Part shown: positions 63,469 to 64,000 of the stretch, piece after piece
How positions within the stretch are numbered: the stretch's first letter is position 1
Layout: the number at the start of each line of letters is the position of its first letter
NCBI GenBank assembly: GCA_039621445.1
Contig: CP154954.1
Span: 6,521,425-6,585,424, forward strand
Length of the DNA: 64,000 bases
Reading direction: 5' to 3'
From: Euglena gracilis
Taxonomy: Eukaryota
Program-made: the position numbers and the translations under genes
Notes under the pieces: model-generated
Told to the model about the DNA's origin: nothing
The model's database searches: none
Seen by the model: the letters and a program-made list of their open reading frames with translations, nothing else

Positions 63469-64000
63469 GTCCCGGGGGGGAGGTGGTACCTCGTAAAAAG
63501 GGTGGTTTTTTTTTGGTTTGGAGATGAAACCAATTTCATCAACCAATCATCAACCCGTAGTTGGTGTTTTTTTTAAAAAAAGAACAAAAGAACATGTTTT
63601 TTTTTGGGAAAAAAAGGCCAAAACAAGCATACTACAAAAAAGGGGTGTCGGACGCCGGTTCTGTCCAAAGTCCGGACGCCGGTTCCGTCCTTCGGACGGA
63701 ACCGGCGTCCAGAACGCCGGGCTTTGGACAGAACCGGCCTCCGCCACCCCTTGTTTAAAGCGGCGTTTTAGAGACGCCGGGTTCAGGACAGAACCGGCGT
63801 CCCCAACCTTCGGTCAAAGGACACTCCCAGGACCAATCTCCGACCAGTGATCTGCAATGTCACGCCATTTTGCATTTCACCAAATTCCGGCGATCGGGAG
63901 GGTATTTCTGGCTGTGTCAATTGTCCCAGTACAAACTCACCCCTCAATCGAAAACTCTTTTCATCAGACGACTGGCGATCACCACCAAATTCAGCCACGC

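Overview
Eukaryotic, highly repeat-rich genomic DNA, almost certainly from a euglenid (inferred from intron type). Two host genes lie on the minus strand. The first is an APC-family amino-acid/GABA permease (exons ~13550 to 2579, continuing off the left edge). The second is a protein with four RanBP2-type zinc fingers (32601 to 29622). Most of their introns are non-GT-AG 'nonconventional' introns whose ends base-pair in a fixed +4/-6 register. The rest of the window is nested mobile DNA: (1) many CAG...CTG-ended MITEs plus one hAT transposase-bearing element, with 8-bp TSDs; (2) TA-TSD and 9-bp-TSD MITEs; (3) degenerate DIRS-like and RLE non-LTR retroelements; (4) a family of tyrosine-recombinase + PHD-finger elements with a single ~100-bp terminal palindrome, subterminal inverted repeats and ~30-bp iterons. 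Two highlights. First, the hAT geometry (8-bp TSD = 3+5 nt) matches the nonconventional intron geometry, and several introns retain TSD relics. Second, the hairpin-ended YR-PHD element family does not match any element class I recognise. Homopolymer-length errors are likely, so some boundaries are +/-1-2 nt.
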